Source: Rhodospirillaceae bacterium
Lineage (GTDB): Bacteria; Pseudomonadota; Alphaproteobacteria; GCA-2731375
Length of the DNA: 64,000 bases
NCBI GenBank assembly: GCA_018660265.1
Contig: JABJKS010000076.1
Location: 3,942-67,941 of the forward strand
Direction of reading: 5' to 3'
The notes beneath the pieces are model-generated. The model ran no database searches, was not told the origin of the DNA, and worked only from the letters and a program-made list of their open reading frames with translations. Shown piece after piece: positions 38,697-47,739 of the stretch; within the stretch, counting starts at the first letter, position 1; each line of letters opens with the position of its first letter. Position numbers and translations under genes: made by a program.

Positions 38697-39500
38697 GTGA
38701 AAATTTCCATCGCGACCTGGAATGTCGCCTCCGTTCGGGCGCATCTCTCCACGATTGAGCAATTTCTGGCAGAACGTCAGCCAGATGTACTGTGCCTGCA
38801 GGAGATCAAGGTCACCAATGACCTGTTCCCGCTGGAGCTGTTTGAAGCGCATGGCTATGTCCACCACGCCCTGCATGGGCAAAAGGCCTATCACGGCGTC
38901 GCAATTTTTGCCAAGGCGGCCCTGCCCTTGGAAAAAATCGTCCGCAAGGAATGGTGCGACATCGACCAGGCCCGGCATGTCTATTGCACCCTGCCGGGCG
39001 GGGTTGAGCTGCATAATTTTTATGTGCCCGCGGGCGGCGACAAACCGGATGTGGAGAAGAACGACAAATTCCGCCACAAACTGGATTTTATGACTGACGT
39101 CGCGGCCTGGTTCAAAGGACGCAAAAGAAAGAAGAACCGCTTTATTTTATTGGGGGATCTGAATGTGGCCCCCCTGGAAGCGGATGTCTGGGACCACAAG
39201 AAGTTACTGCGCGTGGTCAGCCATACCCCGATCGAGGTGGCGCATATGGATGCCTGGTATGCTTCTCACGATTGGGTCGATGCCGTACGCCATTTCGTGC
39301 CCGAAGATGAACGGCTTTTCTCCTGGTGGAGTTATCGCTCGCCAAATTGGGAAAATGCCGACAAGGGACGCCGCCTGGATCATATCTGGGTGACACCGGC
39401 CCTGGTGCCTGATTTATGCGGCGTGGAAGTTTTTAAGACCGCGCGGGGATACAGTCCCGCCTCGGATCATGCCCCCGTCATTGTGGAGTTGGAAATTTAG
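38697..39500 (+). CDS. xthA: exodeoxyribonuclease III
   Basis: MKISIATWNV...DVLCLQEIK...GDLNVAP...SDHAPV. GTG start. Confidence 0.9.
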   Translation: MKISIATWNVASVRAHLSTIEQFLAERQPDVLCLQEIKVTNDLFPLELFEAHGYVHHALHGQKAYHGVAIFAKAALPLEKIVRKEWCDIDQARHVYCTLPGGVELHNFYVPAGGDKPDVEKNDKFRHKLDFMTDVAAWFKGRKRKKNRFILLGDLNVAPLEADVWDHKKLLRVVSHTPIEVAHMDAWYASHDWVDAVRHFVPEDERLFSWWSYRSPNWENADKGRRLDHIWVTPALVPDLCGVEVFKTARGYSPASDHAPVIVELEI

Positions 39501-39511
39501 CGCTCCACCGC

Positions 39512-40744
39512 CTATAGCGCCTCGCCCCGGATCAACTTTGGCAGATCGCCAGTCATGGCAGCGGCGTGACGTTCAAAGAAACGTTTCGCCGGACCAATTT
39601 TATTGACCACGCCCAGGCCCAATACCCTGGCCAGACGCACGGGCGTGATATCGTTGGAAAACAAACGCACCAGACCATCCGTCATCATCAACATGGTCAG
39701 GGCATCAAAGCGACGCCATTGCTGATAGCGGCGCAAAACCTCGCCACCACCCATATCCAAGCCCAGACGGGCATTGTCGATCACCACCTCGGCCAAGGCA
39801 GCCACATCGCGTAAGCCAAGGTTCAGGCCCTGGCCTGCGACAGGGTGCATACCGTGGGCGGCATCACCGATCAGGGCCAATCGGGTATCAATATAACGTT
39901 CAGCATTTTGCAGGCCCAGGGGATAGCTCCATCGTGGTGCATCACATTCGATGCTCCCCCAATGGTCGCCTGCCCGGGCCATAATTTCGTCGTTGAAGGC
40001 AGCGTCGTTCAGGGCCAGGAATTTTGCTGCATCGGCGTTTTTTTCGGTCCAAATCAGAGCGGATCGGTTACCCCGCATGGGCAGCAGGGCAAAGGGGCCC
40101 GCGGGCAGAAATAATTCCGCTGCAATACGGCCATGGCCGCCTGCATGGCGCACTGTGGTAACAATTGCGGTCTGATCATATTGCCAGGATAGGGAACGAA
40201 TACCGGCGGCCTGACGCAGCGGCGAATGCCGCCCCTCGGCCCCAACCACCAACGGGGCCCGGATCGTGCGGCCGTCGGACAAGGTGCCGTGGACACCCGA
40301 TTGAAGTCGCTCCAACGACGTCAATTCACCAGGCGCAATCAAGGTGATCTCTGCTTTTCCTTCCATCGCCTTGTGCAGGGCCAGGCGGATATATCGGTTC
40401 TCCACCGTGAAGCCGAAGGGCCGGTCGCCGACCTCCCGATGATCAAAATGCAGGAACAACGGCGCGCCATTGTCCGCCACCCTGATCTCTTCAATAGGAC
40501 CGGCATAATCGGCCATATGAGACCAAGCCCCCACTTGATTCAACATGGCGGCGGAACCGTATGACAAGGTTGAGACACGGCCATCATGGGCCATTGCGGT
40601 AAGATCTGTTGGCTCCTGACGCTCCACCACCACGGCCCGCAACCCCGCCGAGGCAAACGCCAGCGCCTGGCTCAGGCCGATCAGGCCGCCGCCGACGATC
40701 AGCACATCGGTTACAATATGGTCAATATGAGTGTTATTTGCCAT
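39512..40744 (-). CDS. UbiH/UbiF/VisC/COQ6-family FAD-dependent ubiquinone-biosynthesis hydroxylase
   Basis: DVLIVGGGLIGL, GDAAHGMHPVAGQGLNLGLRD. Confidence 0.85.
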   Translation of the reverse strand: MANNTHIDHIVTDVLIVGGGLIGLSQALAFASAGLRAVVVERQEPTDLTAMAHDGRVSTLSYGSAAMLNQVGAWSHMADYAGPIEEIRVADNGAPLFLHFDHREVGDRPFGFTVENRYIRLALHKAMEGKAEITLIAPGELTSLERLQSGVHGTLSDGRTIRAPLVVGAEGRHSPLRQAAGIRSLSWQYDQTAIVTTVRHAGGHGRIAAELFLPAGPFALLPMRGNRSALIWTEKNADAAKFLALNDAAFNDEIMARAGDHWGSIECDAPRWSYPLGLQNAERYIDTRLALIGDAAHGMHPVAGQGLNLGLRDVAALAEVVIDNARLGLDMGGGEVLRRYQQWRRFDALTMLMMTDGLVRLFSNDITPVRLARVLGLGVVNKIGPAKRFFERHAAAMTGDLPKLIRGEAL

Positions 40745-40806
40745 AGGGCACATTCACCCCGGAGCAACGCGTTGTCCAGCATCCATTCACGGGTTAATCT
40801 ATACCT

Positions 40807-42165
40807 ATGAATGATACAGCATGGCACGAGATGACGGCCCTGGCACTGGGTGCCGCCATCCAAAACGGTCAGATCGACCCTGTTGATTTGACAGAGCATT
40901 TTCTCTCCCGCATCGCGACGGAGGATACGGACCATAGGGTCTATATTCGCACCACGGCAGATCGGGCCCGGGCTGAGGCCGCAGCGGCTTCAGTGCGCGC
41001 CAAAGCCGGCCTGCGCCAAAGTACGCTTGATGGTGTGCCCATGTCGTGGAAGGATCTAACGGATACGGCGGGGACAGAAACCACCTTCGGCTCGGCCTTG
41101 TTGCGGGACAGGGTGCCAGAGCGTGATGCCCTGTTGTTGCGCCGGGCCACCCTTGCCGGCATGATCTGTCTGGGCAAGACCACCCTGTCGGAATTTGCCT
41201 ATTCGGGTCTCGGCATCAACCCGATCTTTGGCACGCCGGCAAACGGTGCGGATGATGAAGTGGAACGGGTACCGGGTGGCAGCTCTTCAGGCGCTGGTGT
41301 TTCCGTACGCTCCGGGTTGGCGCCTGCGGGGATCGGCAGCGACACCGGCGGCTCCGTCCGTATTCCAGCCGCCTTGAATGGCATTGTCGGCTTGAAGACA
41401 ACCATCGGCGTTCTGCCCCTTGACGGCATTCTGGCACTCTCGCCCACCTTTGATACCATCGGGCCGTTAACCCGGGACGTCGGCGACGCCAACGCGATTT
41501 TTGCCATGTTGAACGACAGCCGACCATATGATCTGGGGGGTGCCTCCCTGCATGGCGTGCGCCTGTTGAAGCCGACGGATATCATGTTCGATGACCTGGA
41601 TGAGACCGTCGCAAGCGCCATGTCCGCGACCCTGGATCGATTGAGCAATGCCGGGGCCGAGATTATAGAGGGCGAAGTTCCGGAATTCGCCGAAGCCTTC
41701 GACCTGGTCGCCAAACATGGCAATATCATCTCGGCTGAGGCCTATGCCCTTTGGTATGACAAGGTGGAGGCCCGGGGAGACGAGATGTATTGGGGCATCC
41801 GCTCCCGCTTTGATCTAGCCAAGAAATTAACCGCCATCGATGCGGAGTCCGCCCATATAGGTCTGTCCGCCATCGCCGCCCGTTATCGGGCCCGCACGGC
41901 GGGCTTTGCCGCCGTCGTGCATCCCACCTGCCCCCGGATCGCGCCGCCCATTGCTGACCTGGAACATAACCCGGCGGCCTATGATGAAGCCAACCTGGCC
42001 ATGACCCGAAATACCCGCCTGGGCAATATCATGGAAACCTGTGGTGTTACCCTGCCCTGTCAGGGCCCCGGCCAACTGCCCGTCGGCCTGTCCCTCATGG
42101 CGACTGGCCACAACGAAGGCAAGGTCCTGCGCCTGGCAAAAGCAGCGGAGAATGCCCTGGCATAA
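40807..42165 (+). CDS. amidase (amidase-signature family)
   Basis: GGSSSGAGVSV...GSDTGGSVRIPAA signature. Confidence 0.85.
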   Translation: MNDTAWHEMTALALGAAIQNGQIDPVDLTEHFLSRIATEDTDHRVYIRTTADRARAEAAAASVRAKAGLRQSTLDGVPMSWKDLTDTAGTETTFGSALLRDRVPERDALLLRRATLAGMICLGKTTLSEFAYSGLGINPIFGTPANGADDEVERVPGGSSSGAGVSVRSGLAPAGIGSDTGGSVRIPAALNGIVGLKTTIGVLPLDGILALSPTFDTIGPLTRDVGDANAIFAMLNDSRPYDLGGASLHGVRLLKPTDIMFDDLDETVASAMSATLDRLSNAGAEIIEGEVPEFAEAFDLVAKHGNIISAEAYALWYDKVEARGDEMYWGIRSRFDLAKKLTAIDAESAHIGLSAIAARYRARTAGFAAVVHPTCPRIAPPIADLEHNPAAYDEANLAMTRNTRLGNIMETCGVTLPCQGPGQLPVGLSLMATGHNEGKVLRLAKAAENALA

Positions 42166-42170
42166 CTGCC

Positions 42171-42464
42171 CTATTTTAAGTGGGCCCAGGCGTCCTGTCG
42201 GTAATGCAGCACCCGAACAACCAAGACACCGTCGTCGTGGGGAATGTAGTAGATGGAATGACGCTTAAGGTCGAGGCGACGCAAACCAGGGCGAACCAGA
42301 TCCTGCGACTGACCCATATAAGGGTTTTCGGCGATTGCCTTAAAACAGTCCCGAAACGCATCTCCGTAGACCCGAGCCTGCTGCCGGCCAAAAGTGCGAA
42401 CCGAGTATCGCGCAATATTCCGCAAATCCCTGGATGCCGCTGTAGAAAGAGTATAGTCGTTCAC
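42171..42464 (-). CDS. parE: type II toxin ParE/RelE family
   Basis: 97 aa. Typical ParE layout (L..A..DL..I..Y ... H.I.Y ... V.VVRVLH...D). 14 nt downstream of parD. Confidence 0.85.
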   Translation of the reverse strand: MNDYTLSTAASRDLRNIARYSVRTFGRQQARVYGDAFRDCFKAIAENPYMGQSQDLVRPGLRRLDLKRHSIYYIPHDDGVLVVRVLHYRQDAWAHLK

Positions 42465-42478
42465 CTTTGTGCCAAATA

Positions 42479-42730
42479 TCAGCGACTATCGTCAGCCACA
42501 GTTTCAGCGATGGCTTCGGCCCAAATAGTCTCAACCGTGTCTTCGCTGATACCACTTTGCAGGCCTTCATCGATTAAGGCCCGGAGTTCAGTCTCGCTTT
42601 TTCTCCGCGCATAGTCCTGCCGGACGAGATGGCGAAAGTATTCGCTTGTCGTGTCGAATTTGAACTCCGTCATAGCGTCCTGAACACAGGCACCAAGATC
42701 ATCGGACATCGTAATGGAGAATTTTGTCAT
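42479..42730 (-). CDS. parD: type II antitoxin ParD (RHH/CopG-like)
   Basis: 83 aa. MTKFSITMSDDLGACV...SEYFRHLVRQD...ELRALIDEGLQSG. Confidence 0.8.
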   Translation of the reverse strand: MTKFSITMSDDLGACVQDAMTEFKFDTTSEYFRHLVRQDYARRKSETELRALIDEGLQSGISEDTVETIWAEAIAETVADDSR

Positions 42731-42809
42731 ATTTAGCTACTCCGTTGCTCTACATAATATTATCACAATATCCGATTTAATCCCATATAATCCTCTCCTT
42801 GGCATAAGT

Positions 42810-43445
42810 TCAATCTGAGCTCTTTCCAAACACCTCATTCCAGGCTGCGGCCAGTTGGACATCTACTTCTGCCATGTCGATGGGTAGCCCCAGGTCTACC
42901 AAGGACGTCACGCCGTGGTCTTCGATACCGCAGGGGACGATGCCGGCATAGTGGGACAAATCCGGCTCCACGTTCAGGGCGATGCCGTGATAGGTGACCC
43001 AGCGGCGTACACGCACGCCGATGGCACCAATTTTGTCCTCATCCCGACCTTGGCCTCTGTCGATCCAGATACCGACCCGGCCGTCGCGGCGTTCACCACG
43101 TACATTGAAGCGTGACAATGTCGCGATCAGCCAGTCTTCCAAAGCGCAAACATAGGCACGGATATCCATTTGCCGTTTCTGCAAATCAAGCATGACATAG
43201 GCGATCCGCTGGCCCGGTCCATGATAGGTGTATTGCCCGCCCCGGCCCGTGGCGTAGACCGGCAAACGGGTGGGATCCAGCAAATCCGCCTCCTGCGCGG
43301 ATGTTCCAGCGGTATAAAGGGGGGGATGTTCCAACAGCCAGACAAGTTCGTCCGCCTCACCCGCACGGATCGCGGCAACCCGCGCCTCCATCGCGCCAAC
43401 AGCCTCTTGGTAGTCGATCAGGCCGTCGCTGATACGCCATTCCAT
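42810..43445 (-). CDS. lipB: lipoyl(octanoyl) transferase
   Basis: [13 protein letters not shown]...[12 protein letters not shown]...KIGAIGVRV...HGIALNV. Confidence 0.9.
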   Translation of the reverse strand: MEWRISDGLIDYQEAVGAMEARVAAIRAGEADELVWLLEHPPLYTAGTSAQEADLLDPTRLPVYATGRGGQYTYHGPGQRIAYVMLDLQKRQMDIRAYVCALEDWLIATLSRFNVRGERRDGRVGIWIDRGQGRDEDKIGAIGVRVRRWVTYHGIALNVEPDLSHYAGIVPCGIEDHGVTSLVDLGLPIDMAEVDVQLAAAWNEVFGKSSD

Positions 43446-43544
43446 TGCAAATTTATCCTACATTGATACGGCTATCTTAACCCAATGATAACCATGCGCG
43501 GGGCACATTAAGCTACCAACAGTGATACCGGAATATTGTAGCCC

Positions 43545-43790
43545 ATGAACGATCATCGCTTAGCCGACGTCAACCTAGAGATTACCGTGGAAATCGGCAG
43601 TACGGAAATGCCGATCCATCAACTACTGCGCATGGGCCGTGGCGCGGTGATCGAACTGGATGCCACGACAGAGGATTATGTCTGGATTAGGGCCAATAAT
43701 CGCCTGATAGCTCGTGGTGAAATCATGGTCAACGGCGAAAACGTGGCGGTACAGGTCACGGAAACTCTCGACATCAAGGACGACCAGTAA
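43545..43790 (+). CDS. FliN/SpoA-domain protein (81 aa, orphan)
   Basis: EITVEIGSTEMPIHQLLRMGRGAVIELD...IRANNRLIARGEIMVNGENVAVQV is a SpoA (FliN C-terminal) fold signature. Confidence 0.75.
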   Translation: MNDHRLADVNLEITVEIGSTEMPIHQLLRMGRGAVIELDATTEDYVWIRANNRLIARGEIMVNGENVAVQVTETLDIKDDQ

Positions 43791-43950
43791 TTTTGTCGAC
43801 TAGTCGGAGCGCTATAGCGATCCAAATGTTTAGTTCAATTTCCCAACCCTTAAGTGGTTGAGCGCAACTTGCAAAAATGCGCTCTGGCAGGCTACGTGCT
43901 TGCGGGCGGGCGACAGATTTGCTATGCCCCCAGACGTAGGAAGATTGTGC

Positions 43951-44037
43951 GCGGTCGTGGCGGAATTGGTAGACGCGCAGCGTTGAGGTCGCTGTGGAGG
44001 AAACTCCGTGGAAGTTCGAGTCTTCTCGACCGCACCA
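43951..44037 (+). tRNA. tRNA-Leu (anticodon GAG), type II with long variable arm, CCA encoded
   Basis: Acceptor GCGGTCG/CGACCGC, anticodon stem CAGCG/CGCTG with loop TTGAGGT, variable arm GGAG-GAAA-CTCC, T-loop TTCGAGT, discriminator A + CCA. Confidence 0.92.
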
Positions 44038-44056
44038 ATCTATCGAATAAAATCAA

Positions 44057-44092
44057 CCCCTTGAAAACGATCATGTTTTCGAGGGGTTTTTT
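44057..44092 (+). terminator. Rho-independent terminator after tRNA-Leu
   Basis: 12-bp stem ccccttgaaaac / gttttcgagggg (one G-U), loop gatcat, then TTTTTT. Confidence 0.75.
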
Positions 44093-44118
44093 ATTACCGA
44101 TGCTGTAGGGTGCCTTCC

Positions 44119-45534
44119 ATGAGCGAGCAGATTCAGCCCGAACAAACGGAAAAAACAGATCAAAATGAGGCACCCGCCTCGTTCGAGGACGTTTATGCGG
44201 TCAGTACGGAACTTGTCCGCACGGTAGAAGCCGCGCTGGAAGACAATGACGATGCGGCATTGCGTGAAGTGCTAAAGCCCTTGCGCCCGGCTGATATGGC
44301 TGATTTGGTTGTTGTCCTGGGGCGGGAAAATCGCAATCGCCTGGCTGTCGTCCTTGGCAATGATCTGGCGATTGATACTTTGGTTGATCTGGAAGGTTCC
44401 GTTCTGGCGGACCTTCTGGCGGTGATGAGCCCGCATGCGGTCGCCCGCGCTATTCCGGAACTGGATACGGATGAGGCGGTCCATCTGCTCGAAGAGATGA
44501 ATGACGCGCGCCGGGAGCAGGTTCTGGCTCAGGTCCCCGCCCCGGACAGAGCGGCGGTGTTGGAAGGTCTATCCTTCCCCGAGGACAGCGCCGGCCGCCT
44601 GATGCAGCGGGACCTGATCGCCGTGCCCGCCTATTGGAGCGTCGGACAGGTCATCGATTATTGCCGCGATACCGACGAGCTGCCGGATGAATTCTACGAA
44701 ATTTTCGTTATAGATCCCCGCCACCGACCCATCGGGCAGGTAGCCCTGAACCGCCTGATGCGGACCCGCCGACCGGTTCTATTAAGGGAAATCATGGAGG
44801 CGGAGGCAACCACAATCCCGGTGGACATGGATCAGGAGGAGGTCGCCTTCCTGTTCCAGCAATACCGCCTGACATCCGCCCCCGTCGTTGACGCCGTTGG
44901 CCGTTTGGTGGGCGTCATCACCTTTGATGATGCGGCAGCTGTGTTGGAAGAGGAAGCGGAAGAAGATCTGATGCGCCTGTCGGGAGTCTCGTCGGAAACC
45001 GATTTGTTGGATACGGCCCTGCGTACGACGCGGACACGGGCCAGCTGGTTGCTGTTAAACCTGGGCACCGCCATCCTGGCATCTTTGGTCATCGCAATGT
45101 TTGAGGCCACCATCGAACAGATTGTTGCCTTGGCTATTCTGATGCCCATTGTCGCCTCGATGGGCGGCAACGCCGGTACCCAGACCCTAACCGTTGCGGT
45201 GCGTGCCCTGGCGACGAGGGAGCTTACGGCGGCCAATTCCATGCGCATTGTCGGCAAGGAGATTGTCGTCGGTGCCTTGAATGGCCTGTTATTTGCCTTA
45301 CTGGTGGGCCTCGTTGCGGCCTGGTGGTTCGATGCGCCAACCCTGGGCATTGTCATCGCCGTTGCCATGGTCATCAACATGGTCGTCGCCGGCCTAGCCG
45401 GAACCTTGATCCCATTGGGCCTGAATAGAGCCGGGATCGACCCGGCGGTGGCGGCAACTGTGTTCCTGACGGCGGTCACCGACGTGGTCGGCTTTTTTGT
45501 CTTCCTGGCCCTGGCCGCGTTGTTCCTGCTCTAA
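44119..45534 (+). CDS. mgtE: magnesium transporter MgtE
   Basis: N-domain + tandem CBS + TM domain with MGGNAGTQT motif. ATG 44119 (GTG 44110 possible). Confidence 0.9.
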   Translation: MSEQIQPEQTEKTDQNEAPASFEDVYAVSTELVRTVEAALEDNDDAALREVLKPLRPADMADLVVVLGRENRNRLAVVLGNDLAIDTLVDLEGSVLADLLAVMSPHAVARAIPELDTDEAVHLLEEMNDARREQVLAQVPAPDRAAVLEGLSFPEDSAGRLMQRDLIAVPAYWSVGQVIDYCRDTDELPDEFYEIFVIDPRHRPIGQVALNRLMRTRRPVLLREIMEAEATTIPVDMDQEEVAFLFQQYRLTSAPVVDAVGRLVGVITFDDAAAVLEEEAEEDLMRLSGVSSETDLLDTALRTTRTRASWLLLNLGTAILASLVIAMFEATIEQIVALAILMPIVASMGGNAGTQTLTVAVRALATRELTAANSMRIVGKEIVVGALNGLLFALLVGLVAAWWFDAPTLGIVIAVAMVINMVVAGLAGTLIPLGLNRAGIDPAVAATVFLTAVTDVVGFFVFLALAALFLL

Positions 45535-45535
45535 G

Positions 45536-45946
45536 ATGACGGCGGACCAAGTCATAGAGGCGCTGGGACTGCAACCGCATCCCGAAGGCGGGCATTATCG
45601 TGAAACCTATCGCCATCAACCCGATGACGGCAGCCGGGGTGCCATGACCGCCATTTATTATCTGCTTTCCGCCGGCGAGGTTTCAGCCTGGCACAGGGTC
45701 AATGATGCCGATGAAATCTGGCACCACTATGGCGGCGCGCCGTTGGAATTGTGGTGCGGTACGGAACCCTGGCAGCTGGGCCCGGATCTGGTCGCGGGAC
45801 AGCGACCCCAGGTAATTATTCCAGCCGGACAATGGCAATCTGCCCGCAGTCTGGGGGATTGGAGCCTTATGGGTTGTACAGTGGGCCCGGCCTTTGATTT
45901 CGCCGGCTTCGAGATGGCACCGCCCGGCTGGCAGCCTGGTACTTAG
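45536..45946 (+). CDS. cupin (DUF985) family protein
   Basis: LGLQPHPEGGHYRETYR...SAWHRV..DEIWHHY. Trimmed to ATG 45536. Confidence 0.8.
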   Translation: MTADQVIEALGLQPHPEGGHYRETYRHQPDDGSRGAMTAIYYLLSAGEVSAWHRVNDADEIWHHYGGAPLELWCGTEPWQLGPDLVAGQRPQVIIPAGQWQSARSLGDWSLMGCTVGPAFDFAGFEMAPPGWQPGT

Positions 45947-46863
45947 GACAGGTTGCCGCGCAATAGATCGATTGAGGCCAGGATCGCGCCGCCTGTAATC
46001 AGCAGGCAAGCCAGCGCAATGGCCCAGGTCAAAGGCGCGAAGCCGAACAGGATCAGGATCAAGGTCGACAGCAAAGGTGCTGCATAGGACGACGCACCCA
46101 GGGCCTGGATATGGCCGCGCTTGACCCCATAATCCCAGCAGAAGAACGCCAGCCCCACAGGCCCCAGGCCCAGACCGGCCACGGCCAGCCATTGCACTAT
46201 ATCCGCCGGCCAGACCGTGTCTTCAAAAACCAGATGGGCCAGGGTCGCTAACAGGGCGGTCGCCCCGCAAAAGCCGCCGACGGCATCGGTCGGTACATCG
46301 CCCAACCGACGCGACATCAGGGAATAACCCGACCAGATGAAAGCGCAGGCCATGGCGGCAAAATGTCCTGATGCCAGCGTGATGCCCATCGAGAGGTCCT
46401 GTTCGCCAATGATCAACAAGGCCGCCCCGATCAATCCTGCGAGCGCCCCTGCCAGATGCCACCAACGCAACCTCTCACCAGGCAGCAGCGCCGACAGAAC
46501 AACAATCAGCAGTGGCCACAAATAGGCGATCAGGCTGGCCTCAACCGCCGGGGCATTGCGCAAGGCCACGAAATAGAAAAAGTGATAGCCGAACAGGCCC
46601 CCTACACCGACGGCCCAAACCAGGGGCCGCTGGCGCAGGTGCGCCTTGATGTTCTCATCCCTAACCAACCATTTCGCCAAGGCCAAACCAAAGGCGATGG
46701 CAAAGGTCATGGCGGCAAGTTGAAAGGGCGGCACGGCACCGGTCGCAGCTGTGAATAGAGCCAACAAGGCCCACATCAATACCGCCACGAAACCAATTGA
46801 CGTGGCCCGACGCCGCGTACCTAACGAAGATCCAAGATCAGGACGTTCCGAACTGACCATCAA
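45943..46863 (-). CDS. DMT-superfamily (EamA) transporter
   Basis: About 10 hydrophobic helices, duplicated EamA-like halves. Stop codons of this and the cupin gene overlap. Confidence 0.85.
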   Translation of the reverse strand: MMVSSERPDLGSSLGTRRRATSIGFVAVLMWALLALFTAATGAVPPFQLAAMTFAIAFGLALAKWLVRDENIKAHLRQRPLVWAVGVGGLFGYHFFYFVALRNAPAVEASLIAYLWPLLIVVLSALLPGERLRWWHLAGALAGLIGAALLIIGEQDLSMGITLASGHFAAMACAFIWSGYSLMSRRLGDVPTDAVGGFCGATALLATLAHLVFEDTVWPADIVQWLAVAGLGLGPVGLAFFCWDYGVKRGHIQALGASSYAAPLLSTLILILFGFAPLTWAIALACLLITGGAILASIDLLRGNLS

Positions 46864-47582
46864 TACATATGCTGCCCACCGTTGATCGACATGGTCGACC
46901 CGGTGACGAAGGTTGCTGAATCCGCGATCAGGAACATCACCGCACGGGCGATTTCGTCGGCATGACCAAGGCGGCCAACGGGAATTTTCGCAACAATTTT
47001 TTCCAACACATTGTCGGGCACGGCAGCGACCATATCCGTATCCACATAGCCCGGTGCGATGGCATTGACGGTAATGTTATAGCGCGCGCCTTCCTGGGCC
47101 AGGGCCTTGGTAAAGCCATGGATGCCGGATTTCGCGGCGGCATAGTTGACCTGGCCATATTGTCCAGCCTGGCCGTTGATGGAACCAATGTTGACGATGC
47201 GGCCAAAGCGGTTGTCGCGCATGCCGGGGAACACCCCTTTGCACATATTGAAACAGCCACCGAGGTTGGTTTGGACAACGGCTGCCCAATCTTCCTCACT
47301 CATATTCATCAAGGTGCCGTCCCGGGTGATGCCGGCATTGTTCACCAAGACGCCAATGTCGCCCAGATCCGCAGCGACTGCGGCGGTGCCATCCTGGCAG
47401 GCCGCGTAATCCGCCACGCTGAATTTATAGGCCGGGATGTCGGTTTCCTTTGTGAATTCTGCCGCGGCATCATCGTTGCCCGCATAGTTTGCGGCCACGG
47501 AATAACCGGCTTCTTTCAGTGCCTCGCAGATGCCCCGGCCAATGCCTCGGGTACCGCCGGTAATCAATGCCACTCTGTTCAT
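46860..47582 (-). CDS. phbB: acetoacetyl-CoA reductase
   Basis: MNRVALITGGTRGIGRGICEALKEAGYSVAANYAGNDDAAAEF...NNAGITRD...YAAAKSG...GGQHMY closely follows PhaB sequences as I recall them. Confidence 0.85.
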   Translation of the reverse strand: MNRVALITGGTRGIGRGICEALKEAGYSVAANYAGNDDAAAEFTKETDIPAYKFSVADYAACQDGTAAVAADLGDIGVLVNNAGITRDGTLMNMSEEDWAAVVQTNLGGCFNMCKGVFPGMRDNRFGRIVNIGSINGQAGQYGQVNYAAAKSGIHGFTKALAQEGARYNITVNAIAPGYVDTDMVAAVPDNVLEKIVAKIPVGRLGHADEIARAVMFLIADSATFVTGSTMSINGGQHMY

Positions 47583-47739
47583 GACAATAACCTCCAAATA
47601 TAGAAACTGTTGATTTCAAGATTTCGCAGGCTTTTCCCTTATCGGCAGCCGGCACGGCACGCGAATAACATAGATCACACGCCTAATGTTCGCCAAATCA
47701 GGTTTTCATTGCGTCATAGTGTCACGGTGGAGAGATCTT

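Noticed and set aside
43797-43819. Two adjacent perfect 10-bp palindromes (CGACTAGTCG and CGCTATAGCG) just after the fliN-like stop.
   Set aside because: A perfect 10-bp palindrome is expected about once per kb. My estimate for two within 20 nt somewhere in 64 kb is about one occurrence by chance, so this is not significant without other evidence.
43951-44037. tRNA-Leu as an integration hotspot with an adjacent genomic island.
   Set aside because: There is no integrase, no repeat of the tRNA 3' end and no compositional break next to it. The flanks are lipB/fliN-like and mgtE.
44038-44118. Possible M-box magnesium riboswitch upstream of mgtE.
   Set aside because: Only about 26 nt lie between the tRNA terminator and the mgtE start, far too short for an M-box (about 160 nt).
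43854-44173. ORFs 43854..44108 (+) and 43922..44173 (-).
   Set aside because: Both run through the tRNA-Leu gene and its terminator, so they are not coding.
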